Assembly (NCBI RefSeq): GCF_937859915.1
Contig: NZ_CALMAW010000092.1
Location: 19,327 to 83,326, forward strand
Direction: 5' to 3'
Origin: an uncultured Sphingomonas sp.
GTDB taxonomy: Bacteria > Pseudomonadota > Alphaproteobacteria > Sphingomonadales > Sphingomonadaceae
Length of the DNA: 64,000 nt
Shown: positions 1-9,359 of the stretch, in pieces
Position numbering within the stretch: position 1 is the first letter of the stretch
How the letters are laid out: every line of letters begins with the position of its first letter
The notes under the pieces: generated by a model
Databases searched by the model: none
What the model was told of the DNA's origin: nothing
What the model saw: only the letters and a program-made list of their open reading frames with translations
Position numbers and translations under genes: made by a program

Positions 1-1
1 G

Positions 2-151
2 GCGACGATCACCATGCCGAAGGTCCATCCGCTGATCGCACCGATGGTCTATGCGATCCCGGTCCAGCTGCTCGCCTATCATGTCGCGGTCGCCAAGGGC
101 ACCGACGTCGACCAGCCGCGCAACCTCGCCAAATCCGTGACCGTGGAGTGA
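2..151 (+). CDS. glmS: Glutamine--fructose-6-phosphate aminotransferase, C-terminal fragment (truncated by window edge)
   Basis: Frame 2 reads ...[33 protein letters not shown], the invariant GlmS C-terminus. Confidence 0.96.
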   Translation, partial: ATITMPKVHPLIAPMVYAIPVQLLAYHVAVAKGTDVDQPRNLAKSVTVE

Positions 152-158
152 CGCGCGC

Positions 159-509
159 ATGATCGTCGAGGGCGGCTGCCATTGCGGGACGGTGCGTTTC
201 CAGGCCTCGATCGAGGAGCCGGAGGTCGAGCTGCTGTCGTGCGACTGCTCGATCTGCCGGATGAGCGGCTATCTCCACCTGATCGTCCCCGAAACGCGCT
301 TCAAGCTCACCGAGGGCAAGCGCGACACAACGACCTATCGCTTCGGTACGGGCAAGGCGCGCCACATTTTCTGTACGCAATGCGGGATCAAAAGCTTTTA
401 CAAGCCGCGGTCGCATCCCGAGGGGATCAGCATCAACTGGCATTGTCTCGACGAGGACCACGGTCTCACCGCACGGATCGTGCCGTTCGACGGGGTCTGG
501 CCCGACTGA
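159..509 (+). CDS. GFA/CENP-V family zinc-binding protein
   Basis: GGCHCGTVRF, CDCSIC and FCTQCG motifs. Confidence 0.92.
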   Translation: MIVEGGCHCGTVRFQASIEEPEVELLSCDCSICRMSGYLHLIVPETRFKLTEGKRDTTTYRFGTGKARHIFCTQCGIKSFYKPRSHPEGISINWHCLDEDHGLTARIVPFDGVWPD

Positions 510-522
510 ACGACGACGGTGC

Positions 523-547
523 GGAACGTCCGTTCGCGCGGAATGTT
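523..547 (+). promoter_or_regulatory. Putative sigma-EcfG (general stress response) promoter
   Basis: GGAAC-N17-GTT ending 35 nt upstream of the PRC-barrel gene. Confidence 0.65.
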
Positions 548-582
548 GGCCCCGCAACGATCCGCTTCGAAGGAAATCTACC

Positions 583-966
583 GTGTCCGACGCATCCGTG
601 AGCAGCACCGATCCGACCAGCATGCTGTTCGCCTCGAACAAGATTGACGGTACCAAGGTCAAGAGCCGCGACGGCGACAATCTCGGCACCGTCTATTCGC
701 TGATGATCAACAAGCGCTCGGGCATGGCGACCTATGCGGTGCTCAGCCTCGGTGGCTTTCTCGGTATCGGCAAAAGCTATTACCCCCTGCCGTTCGAGCT
801 GATTTCCTACGATCATGTCGCCGACGGCTATGTCGTGACGATCGATCGTAGACTGCTCGAGGGCGGTCCCAGCTGGGCGAACAATGCGCCCGATTTCAAC
901 CAGGCGTATGCCGATCGCGTATCCAACTATTATGGCGTCGCGCCGGCCGATCTGACGCTCGGCTGA
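583..966 (+). CDS. PRC-barrel domain protein
   Basis: ASNKIDGTKV...GDNLGTV...YAVLSLGGFLGIG pattern. Confidence 0.9.
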   Translation: MSDASVSSTDPTSMLFASNKIDGTKVKSRDGDNLGTVYSLMINKRSGMATYAVLSLGGFLGIGKSYYPLPFELISYDHVADGYVVTIDRRLLEGGPSWANNAPDFNQAYADRVSNYYGVAPADLTLG

Positions 967-970
967 GGTC

Positions 971-1072
971 ATCCCAGCGAAAGCCGGAACCGATGGATAC
1001 CGGCCGCAGGAAGTGAACGATGCGCTGTTAGCTAAGGCACGGCCGCCTATCGATCCCGGCTTTTGCCGGGAT
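971..1072. repeat. CGTC/REP-like palindromic element (family A relative)
   Basis: Inverted arms ATCCCAGCGAAAGCCGGAACCGAT and ATCGATCCCGGCTTTTGCCGGGAT between convergent genes. Confidence 0.75.
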
Positions 1073-1102
1073 CGCGGGGTAGAACGAACCACAAAGCCGC
1101 AA

Positions 1103-1678
1103 TCACAGCACCGCCTGGATCAGGTCTAGCGCCAGCGCTTCATTCGCCTCCAGATACCAGTTCGATGGCGCCTTCTCGAGCACCTCCGCCATCGTCACCT
1201 TCGAGCCGCGGATGAGGTTTTCGAACCCTTCGTTCTGGATCGCGATCGACGTCTCGATCTCATGCAGCGTCGCCTTGAGCGCGGCGATGCAGGTCGTCAA
1301 CGGCCCCTCGACATGCAGTGTCTTGTCCATCTTGCGCTCGTGGATCATCAGGCGCGTACCCCGCGTGAGAAACCGGTTCCCGGTCGCGAAGAAGCTCATG
1401 AAGGTGGTGCCGGCCGAGTAGATTGCGGCCTTGCCCAGGAACACGAAGCGGCGGTCGGGCGCCATCTCGGATTGGAAGCGGACGTCCTCGCCCATCATCC
1501 GCGCAACCTCCGGGTCGCCGCCGAGCGTCGACAGCTCGATGATCGTCAGCGTGTCGACGGCCGCGGTGGCGAATTGCCGCCGGAAGGATTCGTACATCGC
1601 ATAGTCCACCGGTCCCGACAGCAGGATGGTCGGAGCCTTGAAGCGCTCGGCGGCGAGAGAGTCTTTGTCGTCGGTCAT
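1103..1678 (-). CDS. ClpP-like (peptidase S14 family) protein
   Basis: ILLSGPVD, LSTLGGD, YSAG (Ser), LMIHE (His), WYLEANEALALDLI; start taken at MTDDK. Confidence 0.82.
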   Translation of the reverse strand: MTDDKDSLAAERFKAPTILLSGPVDYAMYESFRRQFATAAVDTLTIIELSTLGGDPEVARMMGEDVRFQSEMAPDRRFVFLGKAAIYSAGTTFMSFFATGNRFLTRGTRLMIHERKMDKTLHVEGPLTTCIAALKATLHEIETSIAIQNEGFENLIRGSKVTMAEVLEKAPSNWYLEANEALALDLIQAVL

Positions 1679-1707
1679 GGTGCGGCCTATCTGGTAAGTC
1701 CACGCCA

Positions 1708-1732
1708 AACCGCCATGATCCGTCCGCGTTCC
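1708..1732 (-). promoter_or_regulatory. Putative sigma-EcfG promoter
   Basis: Minus strand GGAAC-gcggacggatcatggcg(17)-GTT ending about 30 nt upstream of the ClpP-like ATG. Confidence 0.65.
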
Positions 1733-1861
1733 CACACGGCCGGCGTCTCGGGCGACAACGACACGACGATCGACGATATCGCGTGAACGCATGGCGCATC
1801 GCCCTATGCTTATTCAGCAGAGAACGAACAGGGCTCGCCTCCCGTCTTGTCGTCGACGGGG

Positions 1862-3265
1862 CTATTGCGCCTCCGCGCTTTCGGCTTCTGCTTCGTCCTC
1901 GCCGATCAGCACGTCGGTGAAGCGCTTGCGCCACCAGAGCACGTCCTCCTTCTCGACCGAATCCATCAGGATGCGCCAGCGGCGAAGTCGTTCGGCTTTG
2001 GGCATGGCAAGCGCGGTCGCGATCGCGTCGGACAGTTCCTCGGCGCTGTAGGGGTTGACCAGCACGGCCTCCTCCATCTGCAGCGCGGCACCGGCGAAGC
2101 GCGACAGGATCAGGACGCCAGGGTCCTCGGGATCCTGCGCCGCGATATACTCCTTGGCGACGAGGTTCATGCCGTCACGCAGCGGGGTGACGAGCCCGAC
2201 CCGCGCCGCGCGGTAGATGCCGGCGAGCACGGGCCTCGGAAACCCCTGGTTGACGTAGCGGATCGGCACCCAGTCGATGTCGGCATAGGCGCCGTTGATC
2301 CGGCCCGACAGGCTTTCGAGCTGCGCGCGGATATGCTGGTAGCTGCCGACCTCGCCGCGCGACGGCGGCGCGATCTGGAGGAGGAAGACCTCCTTGCGCT
2401 GCTCGGGATGGTCGATCAGGAAGCGTTCATAGCCGAGGAAGCGCTCCTCCAGCCCCTTGGAATAATCGAGCCGGTCGACGCCGACGATCAGGTCGCGACC
2501 ATCGGCGCTGTCGCGGATGCGGCGATAGGTCAGCCGCGCGGTCGGGCTGGCGGCGGCAGCGACGAATTCCTTGGTGTCGATGCCGATCGGGCAGGCGATG
2601 GCGATCACGGTGCGGTCGCCAAGCCGGATCTCGCCATCGTCGCCGAGCACCGCACCCATTTCGTTGACGACATAGTCGCGGAAGGCGTCGAGCCATTCCT
2701 CGGTGTGGAAGCCGATCACGTCATAGGCGAACAGGGTGGCGACCAGTTCGGCCGCCTGCGGCAGCGACGACAGCAGCCGGCGCGGCGGCCAGGGAATGTG
2801 GAGGAAGAACCCCATCCTGTTCTCGCAGCCACGCTGGCGCAGTTCCTGGCCGAGCGGGATCATGTGATAATCCTGCACCCAGATCACGTCGTCGCCCTCG
2901 ATCAGCGGACGCACCGTGTCGGCGAAGCGCTCGTTGACGCGCTGATAGCCGTCGGCGAAGCCGCGTTCGAACTCGGCGAGATCGATCCGGTAGTGGAACA
3001 GCGGCCACAGCGTGCGGTTGGCGTAGCCGTTATAATATTCGTCGATGTCCTGCTCTTCGAGATCGACCGTCGCGGTGGTGACGCCCTCGTTGCGCTGGAA
3101 GTTGATGTTGCCGGTGAACTCGTCGGTGCGTTCGCCCGACCAGCCGAACCAGATGCCCTTGAACTCGCGCAGCGCCGCCTGGAACGCGACCGCAAGGCCG
3201 CCCTGCGCGCCGCCCTGCGCGCTCGGCGCGGAGACCCGGTTGGAGATGACGATCAGGCGGCTCAT
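1862..3265 (-). CDS. otsA: Trehalose-6-phosphate synthase
   Basis: [51 protein letters not shown]. Confidence 0.97.
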   Translation of the reverse strand: MSRLIVISNRVSAPSAQGGAQGGLAVAFQAALREFKGIWFGWSGERTDEFTGNINFQRNEGVTTATVDLEEQDIDEYYNGYANRTLWPLFHYRIDLAEFERGFADGYQRVNERFADTVRPLIEGDDVIWVQDYHMIPLGQELRQRGCENRMGFFLHIPWPPRRLLSSLPQAAELVATLFAYDVIGFHTEEWLDAFRDYVVNEMGAVLGDDGEIRLGDRTVIAIACPIGIDTKEFVAAAASPTARLTYRRIRDSADGRDLIVGVDRLDYSKGLEERFLGYERFLIDHPEQRKEVFLLQIAPPSRGEVGSYQHIRAQLESLSGRINGAYADIDWVPIRYVNQGFPRPVLAGIYRAARVGLVTPLRDGMNLVAKEYIAAQDPEDPGVLILSRFAGAALQMEEAVLVNPYSAEELSDAIATALAMPKAERLRRWRILMDSVEKEDVLWWRKRFTDVLIGEDEAEAESAEAQ

Positions 3266-3275
3266 CGGATCGTGG

Positions 3276-5072
3276 TCATCGGATCGAGGTCCAGGGCTTG
3301 GAGAGCATCACGGCGCAATTGATCATGCCGACCAGCGAATAGGTCTGCGGATAGTTGCCCCACAGCTCGTTGGTCGCCGGGTCGATGTCTTCCGACAGCA
3401 GGCCCGCCGTCGTACGACGCTTGAGCATCTCTTCGAACAAGGCGCGGGCATCCTCCGTGCGACCGGTCTGGTGCAACGCCTCGATCAGCCAGAAGGTGCA
3501 GACGTTGAACGCCGAGCTCGGTTTGCCGAAATCGTCCTCGCTGTCATACCGCAGCATGTCGGTGCCGCGGCGCAAGCCGGTCTCCAGCGCGTAGAGCGTC
3601 GCGCGGTAGCGGCGGTCCTGCGGCGACAGGAAGCGCAGGTCGAGCAACTGGATCAGGCTGGCGTCGAGGTCGTCGCCGGAGAAGGTCGCCGACAGGCGCT
3701 GGGTGTCGGTCCGCCAGGCCTTGTCGACGATCACCGCGTGCATCTGGTCGGCGCGATCCTGCCAAAAGGCGGCGCGGTCATCGAGCTTGAGCTTGTGCGC
3801 GGCGTTGGCGAGGCGGTCGCACGCCGCCCAGCACATCGCCGCCGAATAGGTATGCACCGACTGGCGTGTGCGCAGCTCCCACAGGCCGGCATCGGGCTTG
3901 TCGTAGACGTCCCAGGCGAGATCGCCGATCGTCTCGAGCGCGGTGAAATCCTCGACGCTCGCCATGCGGAACAGCCGCTGATCGAAGAAGGCCTGGACGT
4001 TGCACAGCACGATCTGGCCATAGGCATCGTGCTGGATCTGCTCATAGGCCGCATTGCCGACGCGCACCGGACCCATGCCGCGATAGCCGGGGAGGTCGGT
4101 CGCGACGCTCTCCTCGAGATGCGGTTCGCCAAGCACGCCGTAGAGCGGCTGGACGTGCCCACTCTTGGCGCTCTCGACGATGTTGCGCAGGTAGCCGAGA
4201 TAGGATTCGAGGACGTCGAGCGCGCCCAGGCGATTGAGCGCCTGGACGGTATAATAGGCGTCGCGAATCCAGCAGTAGCGATAGTCCCAGTTGCGGCCCG
4301 AATCGGCATGTTCAGGGATCGACGTGGTGAGCGCGGCGACGATCGCGCCGGTTTCCTCATGCTGGCATAGCTTGAGCGTGATCGCGCAGCGGATCACCAC
4401 ATCTTGCCATTCGAGCGGCGTGGCGAGGCCCCGGACCCACGCCTGCCATTCGATCATCGTATCGTGCAGCATGCGGTTGAGCGCGGGCTCGAGGCTGGTC
4501 GAGAAGCTCTCGTCGGGCCCAAGGAAGAAGTGCAGCGGGCGTTCCAGACGGAATGAGCGCTCTTCCTGGATGTAGCCGACCGCCGCATCGGTCGACAGGC
4601 GCACCGTCTCGCCGTCGAGCGCATAGCGGATATGGTGCGACCCTGCAGTGGTCGCCACGTCCTTGCTGCCCCAGCCGCGCGTCGGGCGCAGCCGGACGCG
4701 GATTCGCGGGCTGCCGGCGACCGGTCGTACGATCCGTGCATAGGCCACGGGGCGATAGGTCCGCTCATTATTGGTGTAGCGCGGGCAGAAGTCGGTGATC
4801 TCTACCGCGTTTCCGGCCGCATCCTCGTGACGCGTGACGAGGATCGGGGTGTTGCGGACATAGTCCTGCTCGGTCTTGACGCAGCCTTCGAGGTCGATCG
4901 CCCAGAGGCCTGCAGCCGCCGTGTCATCGGACTCGACGCCAGACAGGAGCGACGAGAAGATCGGCTCGCCATCGACTCGCGGAAGGCAACCCCACACCAT
5001 GTGACCGGCGCGATCGATCAGCGCGGAGACCTGGCAATTGCCGATCGGCCAGAGGTCGAGGTTGGTCGTCAT
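3276..5072 (-). CDS. Glycoside hydrolase family 15 (trehalase/glucoamylase-like)
   Basis: IGNCQVSALID, AALTTSIPE, RNWDYRYCWIRD, GLWELR, GNYPQTYS. Confidence 0.93.
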   Translation of the reverse strand: MTTNLDLWPIGNCQVSALIDRAGHMVWGCLPRVDGEPIFSSLLSGVESDDTAAAGLWAIDLEGCVKTEQDYVRNTPILVTRHEDAAGNAVEITDFCPRYTNNERTYRPVAYARIVRPVAGSPRIRVRLRPTRGWGSKDVATTAGSHHIRYALDGETVRLSTDAAVGYIQEERSFRLERPLHFFLGPDESFSTSLEPALNRMLHDTMIEWQAWVRGLATPLEWQDVVIRCAITLKLCQHEETGAIVAALTTSIPEHADSGRNWDYRYCWIRDAYYTVQALNRLGALDVLESYLGYLRNIVESAKSGHVQPLYGVLGEPHLEESVATDLPGYRGMGPVRVGNAAYEQIQHDAYGQIVLCNVQAFFDQRLFRMASVEDFTALETIGDLAWDVYDKPDAGLWELRTRQSVHTYSAAMCWAACDRLANAAHKLKLDDRAAFWQDRADQMHAVIVDKAWRTDTQRLSATFSGDDLDASLIQLLDLRFLSPQDRRYRATLYALETGLRRGTDMLRYDSEDDFGKPSSAFNVCTFWLIEALHQTGRTEDARALFEEMLKRRTTAGLLSEDIDPATNELWGNYPQTYSLVGMINCAVMLSKPWTSIR

Positions 5073-5839
5073 GCCGATACTCCTGCGATGTGGCTCAGCC
5101 AGCGATGAACGGCGGCCACGTCGGGAAGCCGGTAGCGGGCAGTGGTTAGGGGTGTGTCACCGATCTGCACACCCCAGCCGTGCAGTGCCGCCGCGGCGAC
5201 GAAGCCGGCTTCGTCCGTGATGTCGTCACCGAGAAAGATCGGCGTGGTGCCAGCCATGGCGGGGTCGGCCATGAAGCGGCGTACCGCATCGCCCTTGTCG
5301 CCGCCCGCGAGGCGCAGTTCTGCGACCATCTTCCCGCGCTGGAGTTCCAGGCCGTGCTCGGCGGCAAGCCGGCTCGCAAAGGCGTCGCAGGCGTCCGCGG
5401 CATCGGGGGCGCCCCGGTAATGGAGCGCGGCGCCGAAGGGCTTTTCCTCCGTCACGACGCCGGGGTGCGCGTCCGCGAAGGCCGCGAAGGCGGTCAGTAT
5501 CAGATCGAGCGCGTCCGGATGGGCGGGCGCCTCGCGGCGGCCGTCGGTCCAGCGCAGTTCGAGGCCGTGGCTTCCCGCGATCGCGAAGGGCGGCGCAGTA
5601 TCGGCGGCGTGAAGATAGGCTACGATCTCGGCGGCGGTACGGCCGCTGACAATTGCGAGGCGGCCGTCAAGGCCTTCGGCGAGCGCACGTACCAGCGCCC
5701 GCAGGCTGTCGTCGACGACCACGCCATCGTGGCGGGCGGCGATCTCGACCAGTGTGCCGTCGAAATCCAGGAACAGGCTGATCCCGGCCGCCGACGGATC
5801 GGGCGGCGGCAACAGCGGAGCGGGGGAGGCGTCGTGCAT
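5069..5839 (-). CDS. otsB: Trehalose-6-phosphate phosphatase
   Basis: HAD motifs FLDFDGTL, VSGR, DKG, GDDITDE; first gene of otsB-GH15-otsA. Confidence 0.94.
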   Translation of the reverse strand: MHDASPAPLLPPPDPSAAGISLFLDFDGTLVEIAARHDGVVVDDSLRALVRALAEGLDGRLAIVSGRTAAEIVAYLHAADTAPPFAIAGSHGLELRWTDGRREAPAHPDALDLILTAFAAFADAHPGVVTEEKPFGAALHYRGAPDAADACDAFASRLAAEHGLELQRGKMVAELRLAGGDKGDAVRRFMADPAMAGTTPIFLGDDITDEAGFVAAAALHGWGVQIGDTPLTTARYRLPDVAAVHRWLSHIAGVSA

Positions 5840-5872
5840 CGCGCCGCGATAGTGCGCCCCGGTGCGATCGGC

Positions 5873-5896
5873 AACGCGTGGCGGCACGTTCGTTTC
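5873..5896 (-). promoter_or_regulatory. Possible degenerate sigma-EcfG promoter for the ots operon
   Basis: Minus strand GAAAC-N16-GTT; one mismatch and a spacer 1 nt short. Confidence 0.35.
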
Positions 5897-6002
5897 GGCG
5901 GCTGGCCTTTTTATCCGCTTCGTGCGGCCAGCCGCTCCCGTGATCGGCTTCCCGTCGTTCGGCAAAGCGCCTAGGATCGCTTCAAATCGGGGGTGGGAAC
6001 AT

Positions 6003-7601
6003 ATGGCGACACGGGTAGCCGCAAACGTGGACGGGTCGGCGATCGGGGCGGCGCGCGCACGGCTCGTGATCGCGGCGTCGTCGGTCGGCACCATCTTCGA
6101 ATGGTATGATTTCTTCATCTACGGCACGCTCGCGCCGATCATCGGGCGCCTGTTCTTCCCTTCGGGCAACGAGACCGCGCAGTTCCTCGCGGCGCTTGCG
6201 TCGTTCGGTGTCGGCTTTGGCGTCCGGCCCTTTGGTGCGCTGCTGTTCGGCTATCTCGGCGATCGCCTGGGCCGGAAGTACACCTTCCTCGCCACCGTCG
6301 CACTCATGGGGGTCGCGACCGCCGGCGTCGGCCTGGTGCCGAGCTATGCGCAGCTCGGCATCGGCGCGCCGATCATCCTGATCGCGCTGCGCTGCCTGCA
6401 GGGGCTGGCGCTGGGCGGCGAATATGGCGGCGCGACCACGTATGTCGCCGAACATGCGCCGCGTGGCAAACGCGGCTTCTACACCAGCTTCATCCAGGCC
6501 AGCGTGATCGGCGGCTTCCTGCTCAGCCTGGTCGTCGTGCTGACCGCGCAGTCGATGGTGAGCAAGACGGCGTGGGATCAGTGGGGCTGGCGTATCCCCT
6601 TCCTGTTCTCGCTTGTGCTGCTCGCGGTGTCGCTGTGGATGCGGCTCAAGCTGCACGAAAGCCCGGTGTTCAAGGCGATGAAGCTGGCCGGTCGGATCTC
6701 GGCAAATCCGCTGACCGAGGCGTTCACGACCAAGGGCAATATCAAGCTGATCATCGTCGCGATGCTCGGCATCGCTGCCGGGCTCACGGTGATCTGGTAC
6801 ACCGCGCAATTCGGTGCGCTCTACTTCCTGCAGAATGCGGAGCGGCTCGACGACACCTGGACACGGGTGCTGATCGGCATTGGCGCTGTGATCAGCCTCG
6901 GCTGGTTCATCCTGTTCGGTTCGCTGAGCGATCGGATCGGTCGCAAGCCGTCGATCGTGGCGGGCTATGCGCTGACGCTGATCCTCGTATTCCCGCTGTT
7001 CCACCTGATGGCGGCGGGCGCCAATCCGGGCATGGCGGAGGCCGCGCGGCGTTCGCCCGTGATCGTCTACGGTCCGCGATGCGACTACAACCCCTTCGCG
7101 ACCGCCGGGCAGAAGACCGAATGCGGCCAGATTCTGGATCATCTCGCCAGTAAGGGCGTGACCTACACCAAAGTCCGCACCCCGGGCGTGGCGCTGTCGG
7201 TCGGCGGTCGCGCGATCGCCGACCGGACGCCAGCCGGGATCGACAAGGCGCTGGCGGCGGGGGGGTGGTCGATCGAGAAGGTGAAGCCGACGATCCGCGG
7301 GTCGATCATGATCGTGATCTCGGTGGTGCTGCTCGGCATGCTGTCGGGAATGACCTACGGCCCGGTCGCAGCCCTCCTCGCCGAGCTGTTTCCCGCGCGT
7401 ATCCGCTACTCGTCGATGTCGATCCCCTATCATATCGGAACCGGCTATTTCGGCGGGTTCCTGCCGTTTATTAGCCAGTATATCGTCGCGCGTACGGGCA
7501 ATCCCTTCGCGGGGCTGTGGTACACCTTCGCGGTCGTGGCGATGGCGCTGGTGGTGACGATCTTCTGGGTGCCCGAAACGCTGGGACGCGATCTCGACTA
7601 G
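6003..7601 (+). CDS. MFS transporter (metabolite:H+ symporter type)
   Basis: GTIFEWYDF, GDRLGRK, GLALGGEYGG, ELFPARIRYS; multiple TM helices. Confidence 0.93.
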   Translation: MATRVAANVDGSAIGAARARLVIAASSVGTIFEWYDFFIYGTLAPIIGRLFFPSGNETAQFLAALASFGVGFGVRPFGALLFGYLGDRLGRKYTFLATVALMGVATAGVGLVPSYAQLGIGAPIILIALRCLQGLALGGEYGGATTYVAEHAPRGKRGFYTSFIQASVIGGFLLSLVVVLTAQSMVSKTAWDQWGWRIPFLFSLVLLAVSLWMRLKLHESPVFKAMKLAGRISANPLTEAFTTKGNIKLIIVAMLGIAAGLTVIWYTAQFGALYFLQNAERLDDTWTRVLIGIGAVISLGWFILFGSLSDRIGRKPSIVAGYALTLILVFPLFHLMAAGANPGMAEAARRSPVIVYGPRCDYNPFATAGQKTECGQILDHLASKGVTYTKVRTPGVALSVGGRAIADRTPAGIDKALAAGGWSIEKVKPTIRGSIMIVISVVLLGMLSGMTYGPVAALLAELFPARIRYSSMSIPYHIGTGYFGGFLPFISQYIVARTGNPFAGLWYTFAVVAMALVVTIFWVPETLGRDLD

Positions 7602-7693
7602 CGGCGCCCCGCAGTGGTCGTTCGAGATATCGTGACCGCATCGCAATATAAGTTGCTGACCGGCCATTGCCGCCGCTATCAGCGCCGCTGGAC

Positions 7694-8491
7694 ATGACCG
7701 ACAGTTTCCCCGCCTCGATCCTCGCCGCCTTCGCCGCTCTTGGTCGCCCTGTGATCGGGGTGTTCGCGATGATCGGCCGGATCGCGACCTTTGCGGTCAC
7801 CGCGCTGTTGCGCGCGGTGACGCCGCCCTTCTATCCGGCGCGGTTCGCCGCGCAGCTGATGGAGATCGGCTGGTATTCTCTCCCGGTGGTCGGGCTCACC
7901 GCGATCTTTACCGGGTCGGCGCTGGCCCAGCAGATCTACACCGGCGGCTCGCGCTTCGATGCATCCTCGACGGTGCCGGCGATCGTGGTGTTCGGCATGG
8001 TGCGCGAACTCGGACCCGTGCTGGTCGGGCTGATGGTGGCGGGGCGCGTCGCTTCGGCGATGGCGGCCGAGCTCGGCACGATGCGCGTCACCGAGCAGCT
8101 CGATGCGCTGGCCACGCTACGTACCGACGCCTTCCGCTACCTGATCGTCCCCCGCATGGCCGCCGCCGTGATCGCGCTGCCGGTGATGGTGCTGATCGCC
8201 AATTCGATCGGGATCATGGGCGGCTTCCTGCTCGCCATCTACAAGCTTGGCTTCAACGCCGCCTCCTATCTGGCGACGACGCGCAAATTTCTGCAGGCCG
8301 ACGACATCTGGATGGCGGTGATCAAGGCCGCGGTGTTCGGCTTCATCATCGGACTCATGGGATGCTACAACGGCAGCCGCACGGCAGGCGGCGCCGCCGG
8401 AGTCGGCAAGGCGACGACGGACGCGGTCGTCTCGGCGTTCATCCTGATCCTGTTTTCGGACCTGATCATCACGCTCGTGGCGATCCGCTGA
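7694..8491 (+). CDS. mlaE: MlaE-family ABC transporter permease
   Basis: RELGPVL, AELGTMRVTEQLDAL, GVGKATTDAVV. Confidence 0.92.
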   Translation: MTDSFPASILAAFAALGRPVIGVFAMIGRIATFAVTALLRAVTPPFYPARFAAQLMEIGWYSLPVVGLTAIFTGSALAQQIYTGGSRFDASSTVPAIVVFGMVRELGPVLVGLMVAGRVASAMAAELGTMRVTEQLDALATLRTDAFRYLIVPRMAAAVIALPVMVLIANSIGIMGGFLLAIYKLGFNAASYLATTRKFLQADDIWMAVIKAAVFGFIIGLMGCYNGSRTAGGAAGVGKATTDAVVSAFILILFSDLIITLVAIR

Positions 8492-9261
8492 TGGCCGAGA
8501 TCGTGCGCGGCGCGCCCAAGATCAAGCTTACCGAAGTCGTCAAACGGTTCGGCGACAACAGCGTACTCGATGGCGTGAACCTGTCCGTCGAGCCCGGCGA
8601 GTCGGTGGCGATCATCGGCGGTTCGGGCACAGGCAAGTCGGTCACGCTCAAATGCATATTGGGGCTGCTGCGTCCCGATAGCGGCTCGATCACGGTCGAC
8701 GGCACCGAGGTCGTGGGGGTCGGCAGCCGCGAGATGAGCCGGATCCGCACGAAATTCGGCATGTTGTTCCAGGGTGGCGCGCTGTTCGATTCGATGCCGG
8801 TGTGGCGCAACGTCACCTTCGGTCTGACGCAGGGCCGGATGACCGACGCGGCGCAGATGCGCCGCATTGCCGAGGAGAATCTCGAGCGCGTCGGGCTCAA
8901 GCGCGATATCCTCAACCTGCGTCCCAACGAGCTGTCCGGCGGCATGCAAAAGCGCGTCGCCTTGGCCCGCGCGATCGCGCCGCGTCCCGAGATCATCTTC
9001 TTCGACGAACCGACGACGGGGCTCGACCCGATTCGCGCCGACATGATCAACGACCTGATCACCAGCCTGGTCGAGGACCTTGGCGTCACCGCGCTGACGA
9101 TCACCCACGACATGGTGTCGGCGCGCAAGATCGCGAACCGCGTCGCGATGCTCTACAATGGTCGGATCATCTGGCACGGTCCGCGCGATCGGCTCTACGA
9201 CAGCGGCAACCCCTATGTGGACCAGTTCGTCCAGGGCCGCGCGGACGGACCGATCCGCTAG
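8491..9261 (+). CDS. mlaF: MlaF/Mkl-family ABC transporter ATP-binding protein
   Basis: GGSGTGKS, LFQGGALFDS, ELSGGMQKRVALARA, FFDEPT; TGATG overlap with mlaE. Confidence 0.92.
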   Translation: MAEIVRGAPKIKLTEVVKRFGDNSVLDGVNLSVEPGESVAIIGGSGTGKSVTLKCILGLLRPDSGSITVDGTEVVGVGSREMSRIRTKFGMLFQGGALFDSMPVWRNVTFGLTQGRMTDAAQMRRIAEENLERVGLKRDILNLRPNELSGGMQKRVALARAIAPRPEIIFFDEPTTGLDPIRADMINDLITSLVEDLGVTALTITHDMVSARKIANRVAMLYNGRIIWHGPRDRLYDSGNPYVDQFVQGRADGPIR

Positions 9262-9300
9262 ATATCTTCGTTTTTGCTGCTTTGGATCAACACCCTGGCC

Positions 9301-9326
9301 GGAACCCGATCCCGCCCAGCGCCGTT
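9301..9326 (+). promoter_or_regulatory. Putative sigma-EcfG promoter
   Basis: GGAAC-N17-CGTT ending 33 nt upstream of ATG 9360. Confidence 0.6.
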
Positions 9327-9359
9327 CTCTCGTCAACTTACGCACGACAGGCGAACATC

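Noticed and set aside
8802-9359. Long N-terminal extensions in the ORF track (also 5840-6118, 32551-33144, 42924-43364, 63034-63768)
   Set aside because: They overlap neighbouring genes in other frames; true starts are downstream
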